Shown one piece after another: positions 27,811 to 37,786 of a DNA stretch of 52,839 nucleotides. The stretch is from Lutibacter sp. (GTDB lineage Bacteria; Bacteroidota; Bacteroidia; Flavobacteriales; Flavobacteriaceae). Position 1 is the first letter of the stretch; every line of letters starts with the position of its first letter. The stretch is from assembly GCA_030590985.1 (NCBI GenBank), contig JAUVBX010000001.1, forward strand, positions 1-52,839. The letters run 5' to 3'. A program made the translations under genes and the position numbers. Under the pieces are notes generated by a model. That model saw only the letters and a list, made by a program, of their open reading frames with translations, searched no databases and was not told the DNA's origin.

Positions 27811-29148
27811 TTACAGCCAACCTTTAACCAGCTTGTAAATATCATTCCCGTTTGCCAATAAGAGTAATCCCATAAGCAATACGAAGCCAACTATTTGGGC
27901 ATATTCTAAAAACTTATCACTTGGTTTGCGACCTGTTAACATTTCAAATATAACAAACAAAGCATGACCTCCGTCTAGTGCGGGTATTGGTAATAGATTC
28001 ATAAAACCTAACATAATAGATAGTAAGGCAGTAATACTCCAGAATGTAGGCCAACTCCAAGTAGCAGGAAAAATATTTCCGATGGCAATAAAACCACCTA
28101 TTTCACCAGCTCCTTTTTTCGTAAAAACGTATTTAAATTGGGAAATAAAATCTTTAAGAGTCGTTAATCCTAGATGATTTCCTCGTTTAATACTTTCAAT
28201 AAAAGTATAATCTTTATGTTTGATAGTTATTGCATCTCTTAATGAACTAGTTGAAACACCAATTTGAAATGCTTTTTCTTTTTTAATATATTCTGGAATT
28301 ATTTGTGTACTTATTGTGTCGTTTTTTCGCAACAAAACAATTTTTACAGATGTGGAATCAATACCTTTTGTAAAATCATTCCAATAAGTAATTGGTCTAT
28401 TATTAAGCTTAATAATTTTATCATTTTTTAACAAACCAGCAATGTCAGCGGGTGTATTTGGAACAACAGTATCAATAATAGCTAAATGACGTTCTCTAAA
28501 TGGATGCAAAATCCCTTCTTCCCACATAATACTACCTATATTATCTGGTAATGTGATTGTTTCTACAGTTTTATCTTCATGAGTAACTTGAATATTTTCT
28601 ATATTTCTAAGAAACAGTAATTTATTTACATCAGTTACATCAAAAGGTTCTTCACCGTTAATATGTGTAATTTTATCACCATTTCTAAATCCATATTCTT
28701 TAAAAGTATCATTAACAGAAAATCCATATTTAACATCTTCAGGTTTTACATAATCCTCACCCCAAACATTAACAATCATGATGTATATTAGTATTCCTAA
28801 GATAAAGTTTACTGTTACACCACCTAACATAATAATTAAACGTTGCCATGCTGGTTTTGAACGAAATTCATAAGGTTTTGGTGGAAGTTTCATTTGCTCT
28901 TTATCCATACTTTCATCTATCATCCCAGAAATTTTAACATAACCACCTAAAGGTAACCAACCTATACCATATTCTGTATCTCCTTTTTTGAAGGAAAATA
29001 ATTTTTTACCCCATGCATCAAAAAATAAGTAAAATTTTTCTACACGAGTTTTAAAAATTCGAGCAGCAATATAATGTCCAAATTCATGCAGAACAATCAA
29101 CAATGATAAGCTTAATAAAAACTGAGCGATTTTTATAAATATTTCCAT
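27811..29148 (-). CDS. rseP: RIP (site-2) zinc metalloprotease RseP
   Basis: 445 aa. HEFGHY in TM1, a central PDZ-like region, NLLPIPALDGGH. Confidence 0.9.
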   Translation of the reverse strand: MEIFIKIAQFLLSLSLLIVLHEFGHYIAARIFKTRVEKFYLFFDAWGKKLFSFKKGDTEYGIGWLPLGGYVKISGMIDESMDKEQMKLPPKPYEFRSKPAWQRLIIMLGGVTVNFILGILIYIMIVNVWGEDYVKPEDVKYGFSVNDTFKEYGFRNGDKITHINGEEPFDVTDVNKLLFLRNIENIQVTHEDKTVETITLPDNIGSIMWEEGILHPFRERHLAIIDTVVPNTPADIAGLLKNDKIIKLNNRPITYWNDFTKGIDSTSVKIVLLRKNDTISTQIIPEYIKKEKAFQIGVSTSSLRDAITIKHKDYTFIESIKRGNHLGLTTLKDFISQFKYVFTKKGAGEIGGFIAIGNIFPATWSWPTFWSITALLSIMLGFMNLLPIPALDGGHALFVIFEMLTGRKPSDKFLEYAQIVGFVLLMGLLLLANGNDIYKLVKGWL

Positions 29149-29287
29149 GTGTAATAATCAATTTAAGGCGACAAATGTACACTTTTGAATTTAGATTACA
29201 GAATATGTATTTTAGAATTATATAGAAAGCAATTGAGACACGATAATTCATGTTTCAACAACTGTCTCACTATATTAAAAAAAGGGT

Positions 29288-31228
29288 TTATTCCTTGATT
29301 AATTTTTGATAGAATACTCCTTTATCAGTTGCAATATGAAGTATTATTACGCCGCTTCGAATACTACTTACGTCGAGTATAGATTTTGAGTTGTTTTGTT
29401 CCAATATTATTTGTCCTAGTGTGTTATAAATACTTGTTCTTAGAATTGAAACAGCATTTGTTGTTTGGATACTTATTTGGTCTTGAACAGGATTAGTTAT
29501 TAGGAGGATTCCTTCTATCACAGCTTCTGTATTTGCCAAGTTTGGGTTATAACTTACAGTATTGTATTTGCTAACTAATTGTTTATCTGGATCAAATTGA
29601 ACACTATTTATTGTAAAACCAATATTTTCTATAAATATTTCTCCATTCGATGTGTTTTCTAATCTAATCCATTGTTCTTCCCCACCTGTTCCTATAACTT
29701 TTATTGGAATAGGCATTTCGAAATAGGATACAGAACCATGTGATTGGGTTTGGTTGACGAATAAATACATATCATTGCCGTCTTGATTCCATTGTATTTG
29801 ATAAGATGGATAGCCTTCCCCGGTAAACCAATCCGCAAAATATTCATTTAAATCAATACTACTTTGGTTTTCTAGATGATTTTGAAGGTCAATAGTTTTA
29901 GCATAACCAAAAGCTAAATTAGGATCGACAAGGTAATTTTTTATAGACTGAAAGAAATCATCATCACCTAATTTATAACGTAGCATATGTAAAACCATAG
30001 AACCTTTGTTATAACTCAATCTACCATTAAAAATACGACTTATAGAAGTAGTATCTGAGCAAAATACAGAACCATCGGTTTCAGATGTAATACTAGAAAC
30101 CCTGTCATTTCTCCAATCTCTATAGGCATTTTCTCCATATAAATTTTCCCATGTTAATCCTGTTAAAAAAGTTGCAAAACCTTCATTCAACCATATATCT
30201 TCCCATGATCCACATGTAATTTTATCTCCAAACCATTGGTGTGCTAATTCATGAGCGATTAGACCTTCACCAAAACTTCCCATAAAAGACATAGTAGCAT
30301 GCTCCATACCACCACCAAATCCACATTGTGCATGACCATATTTTTCATCAGCGTAGGGATACATTTCAAATAAATCCCCATAAATTTCCATAATATCTAC
30401 TGTTATTGGAGTATTGGCCTGGGCATAACTTAGATTTTCAGGATATACATAGTTAGTTATCGGAAACTCTTCACTTGTCCCTTCATACGCTAAGTCATCA
30501 TAAACAGAGTAATTAGTGACAGCAATAGCAATTAAATAAGCAGGGATGGGATGTTTATGCTTCCAGTGAGTCGTTTTGGAAGTACCATTTATAGTTTCTG
30601 ATAATAATAAACCATTTGATGCAACTTTATACTCATGTAATCCATTAAAGAATTGTGGATTCGTAACAAATACATCAATTGAATCAATTTTATCGATTAA
30701 GTCTTGTTTACATGGCCACCAGCCCATCGCGGCATATGGTTCAGACAAAGTCCAAAGTATGGGAATTCCATTGTGAGTACTTTGTTCAAAAGAGCCAAAG
30801 CCAGTACTTATGGGATTACCATTATAAGTTATTGTTAAGGAATCTAAAACACCAATATCTTGCATTACAGGAAGTGTAATAACAACTTCGTCATTTGCAT
30901 GAGTATAACTTAGAGTGGTACCATTTTGCTGTACTTGAGTCACATCCATATTATCTGCTAATTCAAAAGTAATTGTATTCATTGGTTCTATAGCTTCCCA
31001 ATAACTGGTCACATTCCCACTAATAGCCGGCGGATTAGAACCTGGGTTAACATTCCATTCAAATCGATGATATTTAATGTCATAATTAGTAGTATTAGGA
31101 TTTTTTTTGAAACTCATCCTTTGTTTTGCGGCTCTTCGTTCTGACTTTATAAGACTTTCTAAATTATATTTTTGCGCTGAAATAGGGATAATAAAAAAGA
31201 TAATTAATAAGGCGAATACGTATTTCAT
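29288..31228 (-). CDS. M1-family aminopeptidase with a T9SS C-terminal sorting domain
   Basis: 646 aa. GGMEH (GxMEN-like), HELAHQWFG...WLNEGFA (HExxH-18-E). Tail IYNTLGQIIL...GVIILHIATDKGVFYQKLIKE. Confidence 0.88.
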   Translation of the reverse strand: MKYVFALLIIFFIIPISAQKYNLESLIKSERRAAKQRMSFKKNPNTTNYDIKYHRFEWNVNPGSNPPAISGNVTSYWEAIEPMNTITFELADNMDVTQVQQNGTTLSYTHANDEVVITLPVMQDIGVLDSLTITYNGNPISTGFGSFEQSTHNGIPILWTLSEPYAAMGWWPCKQDLIDKIDSIDVFVTNPQFFNGLHEYKVASNGLLLSETINGTSKTTHWKHKHPIPAYLIAIAVTNYSVYDDLAYEGTSEEFPITNYVYPENLSYAQANTPITVDIMEIYGDLFEMYPYADEKYGHAQCGFGGGMEHATMSFMGSFGEGLIAHELAHQWFGDKITCGSWEDIWLNEGFATFLTGLTWENLYGENAYRDWRNDRVSSITSETDGSVFCSDTTSISRIFNGRLSYNKGSMVLHMLRYKLGDDDFFQSIKNYLVDPNLAFGYAKTIDLQNHLENQSSIDLNEYFADWFTGEGYPSYQIQWNQDGNDMYLFVNQTQSHGSVSYFEMPIPIKVIGTGGEEQWIRLENTSNGEIFIENIGFTINSVQFDPDKQLVSKYNTVSYNPNLANTEAVIEGILLITNPVQDQISIQTTNAVSILRTSIYNTLGQIILEQNNSKSILDVSSIRSGVIILHIATDKGVFYQKLIKE

Positions 31229-31316
31229 AATAATATCTTTAGTTATAAAGTTTTAGTTTACAGATAAATTTTGACTAGTACAAAAGAATAAATTTAAAAA
31301 ATGACATATTTTGAAG

Positions 31317-31324
31317 TAACTTTG
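31317..31324 (+). promoter_or_regulatory. Bacteroidota-type -7 promoter box
   Basis: TAACTTTG, 26 nt upstream of the ATG at 31351. Confidence 0.4.
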
Positions 31325-31350
31325 CACTAAGATTCCAAAAATACAAAAAA

Positions 31351-32019
31351 ATGAGTAAGCAAAAAGTAACAACATCCATTAGAGTTCTAATTATTTTATT
31401 AATACTGATGATGGGAATGGTATTTTTTTTGTACAAAATTCTTTTCCCTCAAAGAACTTTACCTATATATAATCCGTATGATATTCATCCAGATTTGGTA
31501 GATGAATCATTACAAAACAAACACAAAGATCATACAATAGCTGATTTTACTTTACTAAACCAGAATGGAGAAACAATAACTTATGAAAATTATAAAAATA
31601 AGATTTATATAGCTGATTTTTTCTTTACTAGATGCCAGACTATCTGTATTCCAATGACAACAAATATGGCTACAATACAAGATGTCTTTATTAATGACGA
31701 TAAAATAATGTTCTTATCACATTCTGTGACACCAATAATGGATAGTATTCCTGTTTTAAGAGATTATGCAGATGATAAAGGTGTAATTGATGGTAAATGG
31801 AATTTAGCAACAGGATCTAAAAAGCATATCTACGAATTAGCTCGAAAATCTTACTTTGCAGTTTTAGATGAGGGGGATGGTGATCTACAAGACTTTATTC
31901 ATACAGAAAGGTTTATTCTAATTGATAAAAAACGACAGATTCGTGGTTTTTACGACGGAACAGATTCTGAGGATATGGAGCGTTTGGTTAATGATATAAA
32001 ATTGCTAAAGAAAGAGTAA
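31351..32019 (+). CDS. SCO1/SenC family copper chaperone / thiol-disulfide protein
   Basis: 222 aa. N-terminal membrane anchor, FFFTRCQTICIP (CxxxC) and a distal His (FIHTERF). Confidence 0.85.
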   Translation: MSKQKVTTSIRVLIILLILMMGMVFFLYKILFPQRTLPIYNPYDIHPDLVDESLQNKHKDHTIADFTLLNQNGETITYENYKNKIYIADFFFTRCQTICIPMTTNMATIQDVFINDDKIMFLSHSVTPIMDSIPVLRDYADDKGVIDGKWNLATGSKKHIYELARKSYFAVLDEGDGDLQDFIHTERFILIDKKRQIRGFYDGTDSEDMERLVNDIKLLKKE

Positions 32020-32064
32020 AAGTTGGTTTTAGATTATTATTGTTTATAAAGACTAAAAATGTTA

Positions 32065-32072
32065 TATATTTG
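32065..32072 (+). promoter_or_regulatory. Bacteroidota-type -7 promoter box for feoAB
   Basis: TATATTTG, 27 nt upstream of the ATG at 32100. Confidence 0.4.
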
Positions 32073-32099
32073 CTCGTTATTTAAAACCATTCTAAATAG

Positions 32100-32327
32100 A
32101 TGAATGATAGTATTGCCCAACTAGAGATTGGAGAAAAAGGTATTATATGTGATATTGCAATAGATAAAATACCTTTAAAATTATTAGAGATGGGTTGTTT
32201 ACCAGGTAAAGAAGTTGAGTTACTACAAAAAGCACCTCTACAAGATCCGTTATATATTCGTGTAAATGGCAGTTATTTGGCGATACGAGTAGAAACAGCT
32301 TTACAGATAGCCATAGAAAAGATTTAA
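32100..32327 (+). CDS. feoA: Ferrous iron transport protein A
   Basis: 75 aa SH3-like FeoA (LLEMGCLPGKEVELL), immediately upstream of feoB. Confidence 0.88.
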   Translation: MNDSIAQLEIGEKGIICDIAIDKIPLKLLEMGCLPGKEVELLQKAPLQDPLYIRVNGSYLAIRVETALQIAIEKI

Positions 32328-32330
32328 TTA

Positions 32331-34442
32331 ATGGTTTCTAAACAGCATATAAAAATTGCGCTTGTTGGTAACCCCAATACTGGAAAAACCTCATTATTTA
32401 ATCAATTAACAGGTTTAAATCAAAAAGTAGGAAACTATCCTGGTATTACGGTTGATAAAAAACAAGGTATTTGTCATTTATCTAAAGAATTAGATGCTAC
32501 AATTATTGATTTGCCTGGGACTTATAGTATCAACCCTACTTCCGTTGATGAAAACATTGTTTATGAAACTTTAGTTAATAATCAAAATCCTGATTTCCCT
32601 GATGTGGTAGTGGTGGTTGCAGAAGTTGAAAATCTAAAACGAAATCTTTTTTTATTTACTCAAATTAAAGATTTAGAAATACCAACTGTTCTTGTTATAA
32701 ACATGGCAGATCAGATGCTACGTAAAGGTATTAAAATTGATATTTCGGTTTTAGAATCCGAATTAAATAGCAAGGTAGTTTTATTGAGTGCTCGTAAAAA
32801 AACAGGAATAGGTAGCTTAAAAAATGTTTTGAAGGAATATCAAAATTTAAATACAAAAACTGTAGCTGATGTTTCTGAACGCATACATGGACATTTTTTT
32901 GAACGTATAAGTAAATCATTACCCCAATTTTCAACATATAAATCTTGGTTATTAATTACACAAGAGAGAGACTGTAATTTTATTTCAATTCAGGAACAAG
33001 AAAAGATAAATATTTTTAAATCGAAAAGAGATAAAATTAAAAAATTTCAACATAAAGAGGCTATTTACCGATATCAGGTTATTAACGAAATTTTAAAGAA
33101 AACATATTTTGTCAATAGAGAAGAAGGTACTGATTTACGGGGTAAATTAGATCACATTTTGACACACAAAATATTTGGTTATGTAATTTTTGCGATGATA
33201 TTAATCGTGATTTTTCAATCAATTTTTGCTTGGGCAAATATACCAATGGAATGGATTGATGGTGCATTTGCACAGTTAGCGTCTTTTGCTAAAGCACAAT
33301 TACCTAGTGGTAAATTTACAGATTTAATCGCAGAAGGTGTAATCCCAGGAATAGGAGGTATCGTTATCTTCGTGCCACAAATAGCTGTCTTATTCATGTT
33401 TGTAGCTATTTTAGAGGAAACGGGTTATATGAGTAGAGTGGTGTTTTTAATGGATAAAATAATGCGCCGTTATGGAATGAGTGGCAAGAGTATTATTCCA
33501 TTAGTTTCAGGAACAGCTTGTGCTATACCAGCAATTATGTCATCACGTAATATTGAAAGTTGGCGTGAGCGATTAATTACTATTTTAGTTGTGCCGTTTA
33601 CTACTTGTTCTGCAAGAATACCCGTGTATGCTATTATAATAGCATTAATTATTCCAGACAAACACTATTTTGGAATTTTTAATTTACAAGGTCTTACATT
33701 ATTAGCACTATATTTTTTGGGTTTTGTAGCAGCTATTTCATCTGCTTATTTGTTGCATAAAGTGCTGAAAATTAAAAATAGAAGTTTTTTTGTTATAGAG
33801 CTACCAAACTATAAAATACCATCAATAAGAAATATAAGTATCACAGTTATAGAAAGAACAAAAGCTTTTGTATTTGGAGCTGGAAAAATAATTTTAGCTA
33901 TATCAATTGTCCTTTGGTTTCTAGCATCTTATGGAGGTAAAGAATTTAAAAATGCTACCAAAATTGTACAGGATAAAAACTCCTCAAGAGATTTTTCAGA
34001 TACTGATTTACAACAAGAAATAGCGACTTATAGATTAGAACATTCATATATCGGAATGTTGGGTAAAACAATTGAACCAGCGATTGAACCATTAGGTTAT
34101 GACTGGAAAATTGGTATTGCATTAATTAGTTCTTTTGCTGCTCGTGAAGTATTTGTAGGAACTTTAGCAACTATTTATAGTGTTGCAGATAAAGGAGAAA
34201 ATACGTTAACAATCAAAGAAAGAATGCGTAACGAAGTAAATCCAATAACAGGAGGAAAACGTTTTACTTTTGCTTCTGGTTTGTCTTTGTTATTGTTTTA
34301 TGCTTTTGCCATGCAATGTATGGGAACACTGGCTATTGTTAAAAGAGAGACCAATTCATGGAAATGGCCAATATTACAGCTTTTTGGGATGACAGGCTTG
34401 GCGTATATAGCTGGAATGATAGCTTACCAATTTTTTAAGTAA
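32331..34442 (+). CDS. feoB: Ferrous iron transport protein B
   Basis: 703 aa. N-terminal G-domain (GNPNTGKTSLFN, DLPGTYS, NMAD) followed by a polytopic membrane domain. Confidence 0.95.
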   Translation: MVSKQHIKIALVGNPNTGKTSLFNQLTGLNQKVGNYPGITVDKKQGICHLSKELDATIIDLPGTYSINPTSVDENIVYETLVNNQNPDFPDVVVVVAEVENLKRNLFLFTQIKDLEIPTVLVINMADQMLRKGIKIDISVLESELNSKVVLLSARKKTGIGSLKNVLKEYQNLNTKTVADVSERIHGHFFERISKSLPQFSTYKSWLLITQERDCNFISIQEQEKINIFKSKRDKIKKFQHKEAIYRYQVINEILKKTYFVNREEGTDLRGKLDHILTHKIFGYVIFAMILIVIFQSIFAWANIPMEWIDGAFAQLASFAKAQLPSGKFTDLIAEGVIPGIGGIVIFVPQIAVLFMFVAILEETGYMSRVVFLMDKIMRRYGMSGKSIIPLVSGTACAIPAIMSSRNIESWRERLITILVVPFTTCSARIPVYAIIIALIIPDKHYFGIFNLQGLTLLALYFLGFVAAISSAYLLHKVLKIKNRSFFVIELPNYKIPSIRNISITVIERTKAFVFGAGKIILAISIVLWFLASYGGKEFKNATKIVQDKNSSRDFSDTDLQQEIATYRLEHSYIGMLGKTIEPAIEPLGYDWKIGIALISSFAAREVFVGTLATIYSVADKGENTLTIKERMRNEVNPITGGKRFTFASGLSLLLFYAFAMQCMGTLAIVKRETNSWKWPILQLFGMTGLAYIAGMIAYQFFK

Positions 34443-34556
34443 ATGCAAGAAGTATTCGTCTATATCGCTCTATTTTTAGCCATTATTTTTTTGGTGCGAA
34501 CTTTCATTTTTCCTCCAAAGAAAAAAGGAGGTTGTGGTACTGATTGTGATTGTTAA
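34443..34556 (+). CDS. FeoB-associated Cys-rich small membrane protein (37 aa)
   Basis: Not in the track (below 60 aa). The ATG directly abuts the feoB TAA. MQEVFVYIALFLAIIFLVRTFIFPPKKKGGCGTDCDC: one TM helix, a basic stretch and a C-terminal CxxxCxC. Confidence 0.65.
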   Translation: MQEVFVYIALFLAIIFLVRTFIFPPKKKGGCGTDCDC

Positions 34557-34565
34557 AAGTAGCAA

Positions 34566-35312
34566 TTAAGGAATAATATTGTTAGGGTAGGTAACAGATG
34601 TCAAGAATAATCCTTTAGCAGGAACTGATAGTCCTGCTTCACTGCGGTTTTGATTTAAAATTATTCTCTCAAAATCATCAACAGTTAATTTTCCTTCTCC
34701 AACTTCTAATAACGTACCAACAATAGCACGAACCATATTACGTAAAAAACGGTTTGCAGTTATATAAAATACCAATTGATTTTCTGTTTGCACCCATATT
34801 GCTTCTGTAATTTCACAATCATAAGTTTTTACATCTGTTTTAGATTTAGAAAAAGCTTTAAAATTAGTATGTTGTAATAATGCATTGGCTGCCTTATTCA
34901 TTTTGACTACATCAAACTTTCTATTGGGTATTTGCCAAGTAGTTTCTAATAAAAAAGGATTATTAGCTAGATGAATATGATATTCATAGCTTCTTGACAA
35001 AGCATCAAAACGAGCATGAGAATAATCAGGCACTAAAAAAATTCTATTAATTACTATGCTATTTGGTATGATTGCATTGAGTTTATATGCCAGTTCTTTT
35101 TTATCAATTGTGATAATAGTATCAAAATGAGCAAAGATTTGATGTGCATGTACACCAGTATCTGTGCGCCCAGCCCCAATAATATCAATTTTTTTGCCCA
35201 ATAAAGTAGTCAATCCTATTTGGATTGTTTCTTGAACACTATTGGCATTTGGTTGTATTTGCCAACCGTGAAAATTAGTACCTTTGTATGCTAGTTCTAT
35301 AAAATAACGCAT
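34566..35312 (-). CDS. truA: tRNA pseudouridine(38-40) synthase
   Basis: 248 aa. GAGRTDTGVHA catalytic Asp motif. Confidence 0.92.
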   Translation of the reverse strand: MRYFIELAYKGTNFHGWQIQPNANSVQETIQIGLTTLLGKKIDIIGAGRTDTGVHAHQIFAHFDTIITIDKKELAYKLNAIIPNSIVINRIFLVPDYSHARFDALSRSYEYHIHLANNPFLLETTWQIPNRKFDVVKMNKAANALLQHTNFKAFSKSKTDVKTYDCEITEAIWVQTENQLVFYITANRFLRNMVRAIVGTLLEVGEGKLTVDDFERIILNQNRSEAGLSVPAKGLFLTSVTYPNNIIP

Positions 35313-35393
35313 AATAAATTGCTTAATGCTAAATGCCTTCCGCTTTGCACCAAAAGCGTGTAGCTTGAAGTGTTTTGAGTAAAGTAAAAATAG

Positions 35394-35891
35394 ATGACAA
35401 AAATACTACTTCTTTCTGATACACATGGGTATATAGATGAGCAAATGCTTAAATTCGTACGTCAAGTCGATGAAGTTTGGCATGCTGGCGATATAGGTCA
35501 TATAAAAGTAACTGATACCATAAGTAAGCTAAAATCTGTACGGGCAGTTTATGGTAATATTGATGGTAATCAGGTAAGATTACAGTTTCCTTTAGATAAT
35601 AAATTCAAAATCGAAGGGAAAAAAATATGGATAACTCATATTGGAGGCTATCCGAAAAAGTATGAAAAGAGAGTGAGAGAGGAGTTAAAAGTGTATTCAC
35701 CTGATATTTTTATAAGTGGTCATTCTCATATTTTAAAGATTATTTATGATAAAGAATATAATCTATTACATCTTAATTCTGGTGCTGCAGGTAAATCAGG
35801 TTTTCATAAAGTTAGAACTATGATTCGTTTTAATATAAATGGGGATTTTATTGAAAATATGGAAATTATTGAATTAGAAAACCGAAATTAG
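35394..35891 (+). CDS. YfcE/MJ0936-type metallophosphoesterase
   Basis: 165 aa. LLSDTHG, HAGDIG, YGNIDG, GHSH. Confidence 0.85.
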   Translation: MTKILLLSDTHGYIDEQMLKFVRQVDEVWHAGDIGHIKVTDTISKLKSVRAVYGNIDGNQVRLQFPLDNKFKIEGKKIWITHIGGYPKKYEKRVREELKVYSPDIFISGHSHILKIIYDKEYNLLHLNSGAAGKSGFHKVRTMIRFNINGDFIENMEIIELENRN

Positions 35892-37690
35892 ATTATCTTT
35901 ATTTTTTCTTCTAAAAATTTAATAGGAACTGATATGTAAATTGAAGTCCCTTCATTTTTTGATGAAGTGATTTTAAAAACACCTTGCATTTTTTTTACAC
36001 GTGCCTCAATCTGACGGAGGCCTAATCCGCTTGCGTTAATTTCTTTTGTAGGATCAAATCCTTTACCGTCATCAAGGATTGTTATTTCAAGCAATCGTTC
36101 TTTTTGATTTAATTTGATTTCAGCATTTGTAGCTTTACTGTGTTTGATAATGTTATTGAGAAGCTCATCAATAATACTATTTATTTTTAATTCAAAATCA
36201 GGATTATATCTTATAATTTCATTACAATCACAATGAAAATATAATGCGGCATTAGAGTATTTATCACATAGATCTTGAATGGCGTAACTTAAACCAAATT
36301 TTAGTAGTACGGATGAAACTAAAGAATGAGATAGATTACGTATTTTATCTGCAGCTTCATTTACAATTTTTTGTGCTTTTTCAATTTCTTCAGGAGGTGT
36401 TTCTTTAAGCAATCTCTTGCTGGCTTGTAAGTGTAAACTAGCTGAAGATAAAAGTGTACTGACACTATGATGAAGGGTTTCAGCAATCATCTTACGTTCA
36501 CTTTCTTTCCCGTCAAGAGTGGCATTAAGAATTTTTTCACGAGCATCATTTTGAATTTGTTCTAATTTATTTTGTTGAATTAATTGATTCTGTTTATATT
36601 CAAGTTGTAGATTTTCTTGTCTTAGTTTAAGATACCTATAGATTAACCAAACCCCTAACAAGAGGCTTAAAGAGATGATAATTAATATATTAACAATACC
36701 TTGCGCACGTTCTTTTTTGGCTATTTCAATAGTTGTTTTTAATTGTTCTTTCTTTTTGATTGTTTCTGCATTAAATTTTCCTTCAATTTCAGCTAGAAAT
36801 CCACTAATTTCGGAATTTCGTAAACTATCTCTAATATGAAAAGATTTTTCTTGATAAGTATATGTGTGATAGTCTTTTAGTTTGTATAAGGTCCATGATA
36901 AGTTATCATAAATAGTTTCTCTAAAATCTAGTCCTGTGCGAGTATGATCATTCTCTAATAAGGAAAGGGCTTCAAAATATACTCTTTTGGCATCTCTAAA
37001 TCTTTCTTGTTGTAAGTATATGGTAGCTAGATTGTTTAATGCATGGGCAGTTGCTGTTTTATTATTATATTTTTTATGTAAATGTAGTGCTTCTAGTACA
37101 TTTATTTCAGCATTTATCAGATCACCACGTTCGATTTGAATAGCACATAGATTAGCATAAGCTTTGGCTTTTAATAATTCAACTTTGCTTTCATTTTCAT
37201 TTGTTGTTCTCTCAATAATTTTGTTTAGATGATAAGTAGCGCTATCAATTTGATTGATTTTATAAAACATATCACCCATGTACAATTCAAGTGCAAGAAG
37301 TTTTTCTGAACCAAAAGTATCACGGGTAAATACACTACTTTTTTTAAAATATTTGAGTGCTTTGTTATAATTATTAGATGCTTTGAAAATTTGTGCAATA
37401 AGAAAACTTGTTCTCTCAATTAAGAGGCTATCTTCAGTATCGGTAGCTTTTTTTAGTAAATCTAAGCTGATTTTTAGCGCCTCTTTGTGTTTGTTGTGCT
37501 TGAAAAGATTTCGGGCTTTTAATAAAGAGTCGGTAGTACCTACTGCTTGCTGGGGAGCAATAGCAGTAGGGTTTTGTGGGGGTAAGGAGGTATTTAGTAC
37601 TACCGACGCATTAACAAAAATAGGTATAAAAAGGGGAGTAAGCAAAAAGGCGAACCAAATATAAAATGTATACCTATTTATTATTGTCAT
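35888..37690 (-). CDS. Sensor histidine kinase with an extracytoplasmic TPR-repeat domain (HisKA_3 / HATPase_c, NarL-class partner)
   Basis: 600 aa. N-terminal anchor, ~280 aa of TPR-like repeats, TM segment (IVNILIIISLSLLLGVWLIY), coiled coil, H-box ERKMIAETLHHSV, and an ATPase domain with DDGKGF and GLGLRQI. Confidence 0.88.
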   Translation of the reverse strand: MTIINRYTFYIWFAFLLTPLFIPIFVNASVVLNTSLPPQNPTAIAPQQAVGTTDSLLKARNLFKHNKHKEALKISLDLLKKATDTEDSLLIERTSFLIAQIFKASNNYNKALKYFKKSSVFTRDTFGSEKLLALELYMGDMFYKINQIDSATYHLNKIIERTTNENESKVELLKAKAYANLCAIQIERGDLINAEINVLEALHLHKKYNNKTATAHALNNLATIYLQQERFRDAKRVYFEALSLLENDHTRTGLDFRETIYDNLSWTLYKLKDYHTYTYQEKSFHIRDSLRNSEISGFLAEIEGKFNAETIKKKEQLKTTIEIAKKERAQGIVNILIIISLSLLLGVWLIYRYLKLRQENLQLEYKQNQLIQQNKLEQIQNDAREKILNATLDGKESERKMIAETLHHSVSTLLSSASLHLQASKRLLKETPPEEIEKAQKIVNEAADKIRNLSHSLVSSVLLKFGLSYAIQDLCDKYSNAALYFHCDCNEIIRYNPDFELKINSIIDELLNNIIKHSKATNAEIKLNQKERLLEITILDDGKGFDPTKEINASGLGLRQIEARVKKMQGVFKITSSKNEGTSIYISVPIKFLEEKIKII

Positions 37691-37701
37691 GGGTTGTTTT
37701 T

Positions 37702-37750
37702 ATGCCTTCAAATATATAAAAAAAGGGGGGAGGGGGATATAAGAAGGCAT
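37702..37750 (-). promoter_or_regulatory. Inverted repeat (8-bp stem, 33-nt C-rich loop on the coding strand) overlapping the predicted HK promoter
   Basis: + strand: ATGCCTTC (37702..37709) ... GAAGGCAT (37743..37750). The loop contains G6-A-G5 (37725..37736). Confidence 0.5.
37709..37716 (-). promoter_or_regulatory. Bacteroidota-type -7 promoter box for the TPR histidine kinase
   Basis: The minus strand reads TATATTTG, 18 nt upstream of the ATG at 37690. Confidence 0.4.
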
Positions 37751-37767
37751 TAAAACTAAATGGGGGG
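37725..37767. repeat. Homopolymeric G/C tracts (G6-A-G5 and G6) in an AT-rich intergenic region
   Basis: GGGGGGAGGGGG at 37725..37736 and GGGGGG at 37762..37767, read directly. Confidence 0.9.
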
Positions 37768-37786
37768 TAAAGTTTTAAAAAGGTGC

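Noticed and set aside
37725-37767. G-quadruplex formed by the G-tracts upstream of the kinase gene
   Set aside because: There are only three separated G-runs (G6, G5, G6), with a 1-nt and a 25-nt spacer. A canonical four-tract G4 is not evident, so I kept only the homopolymer and hairpin observation.
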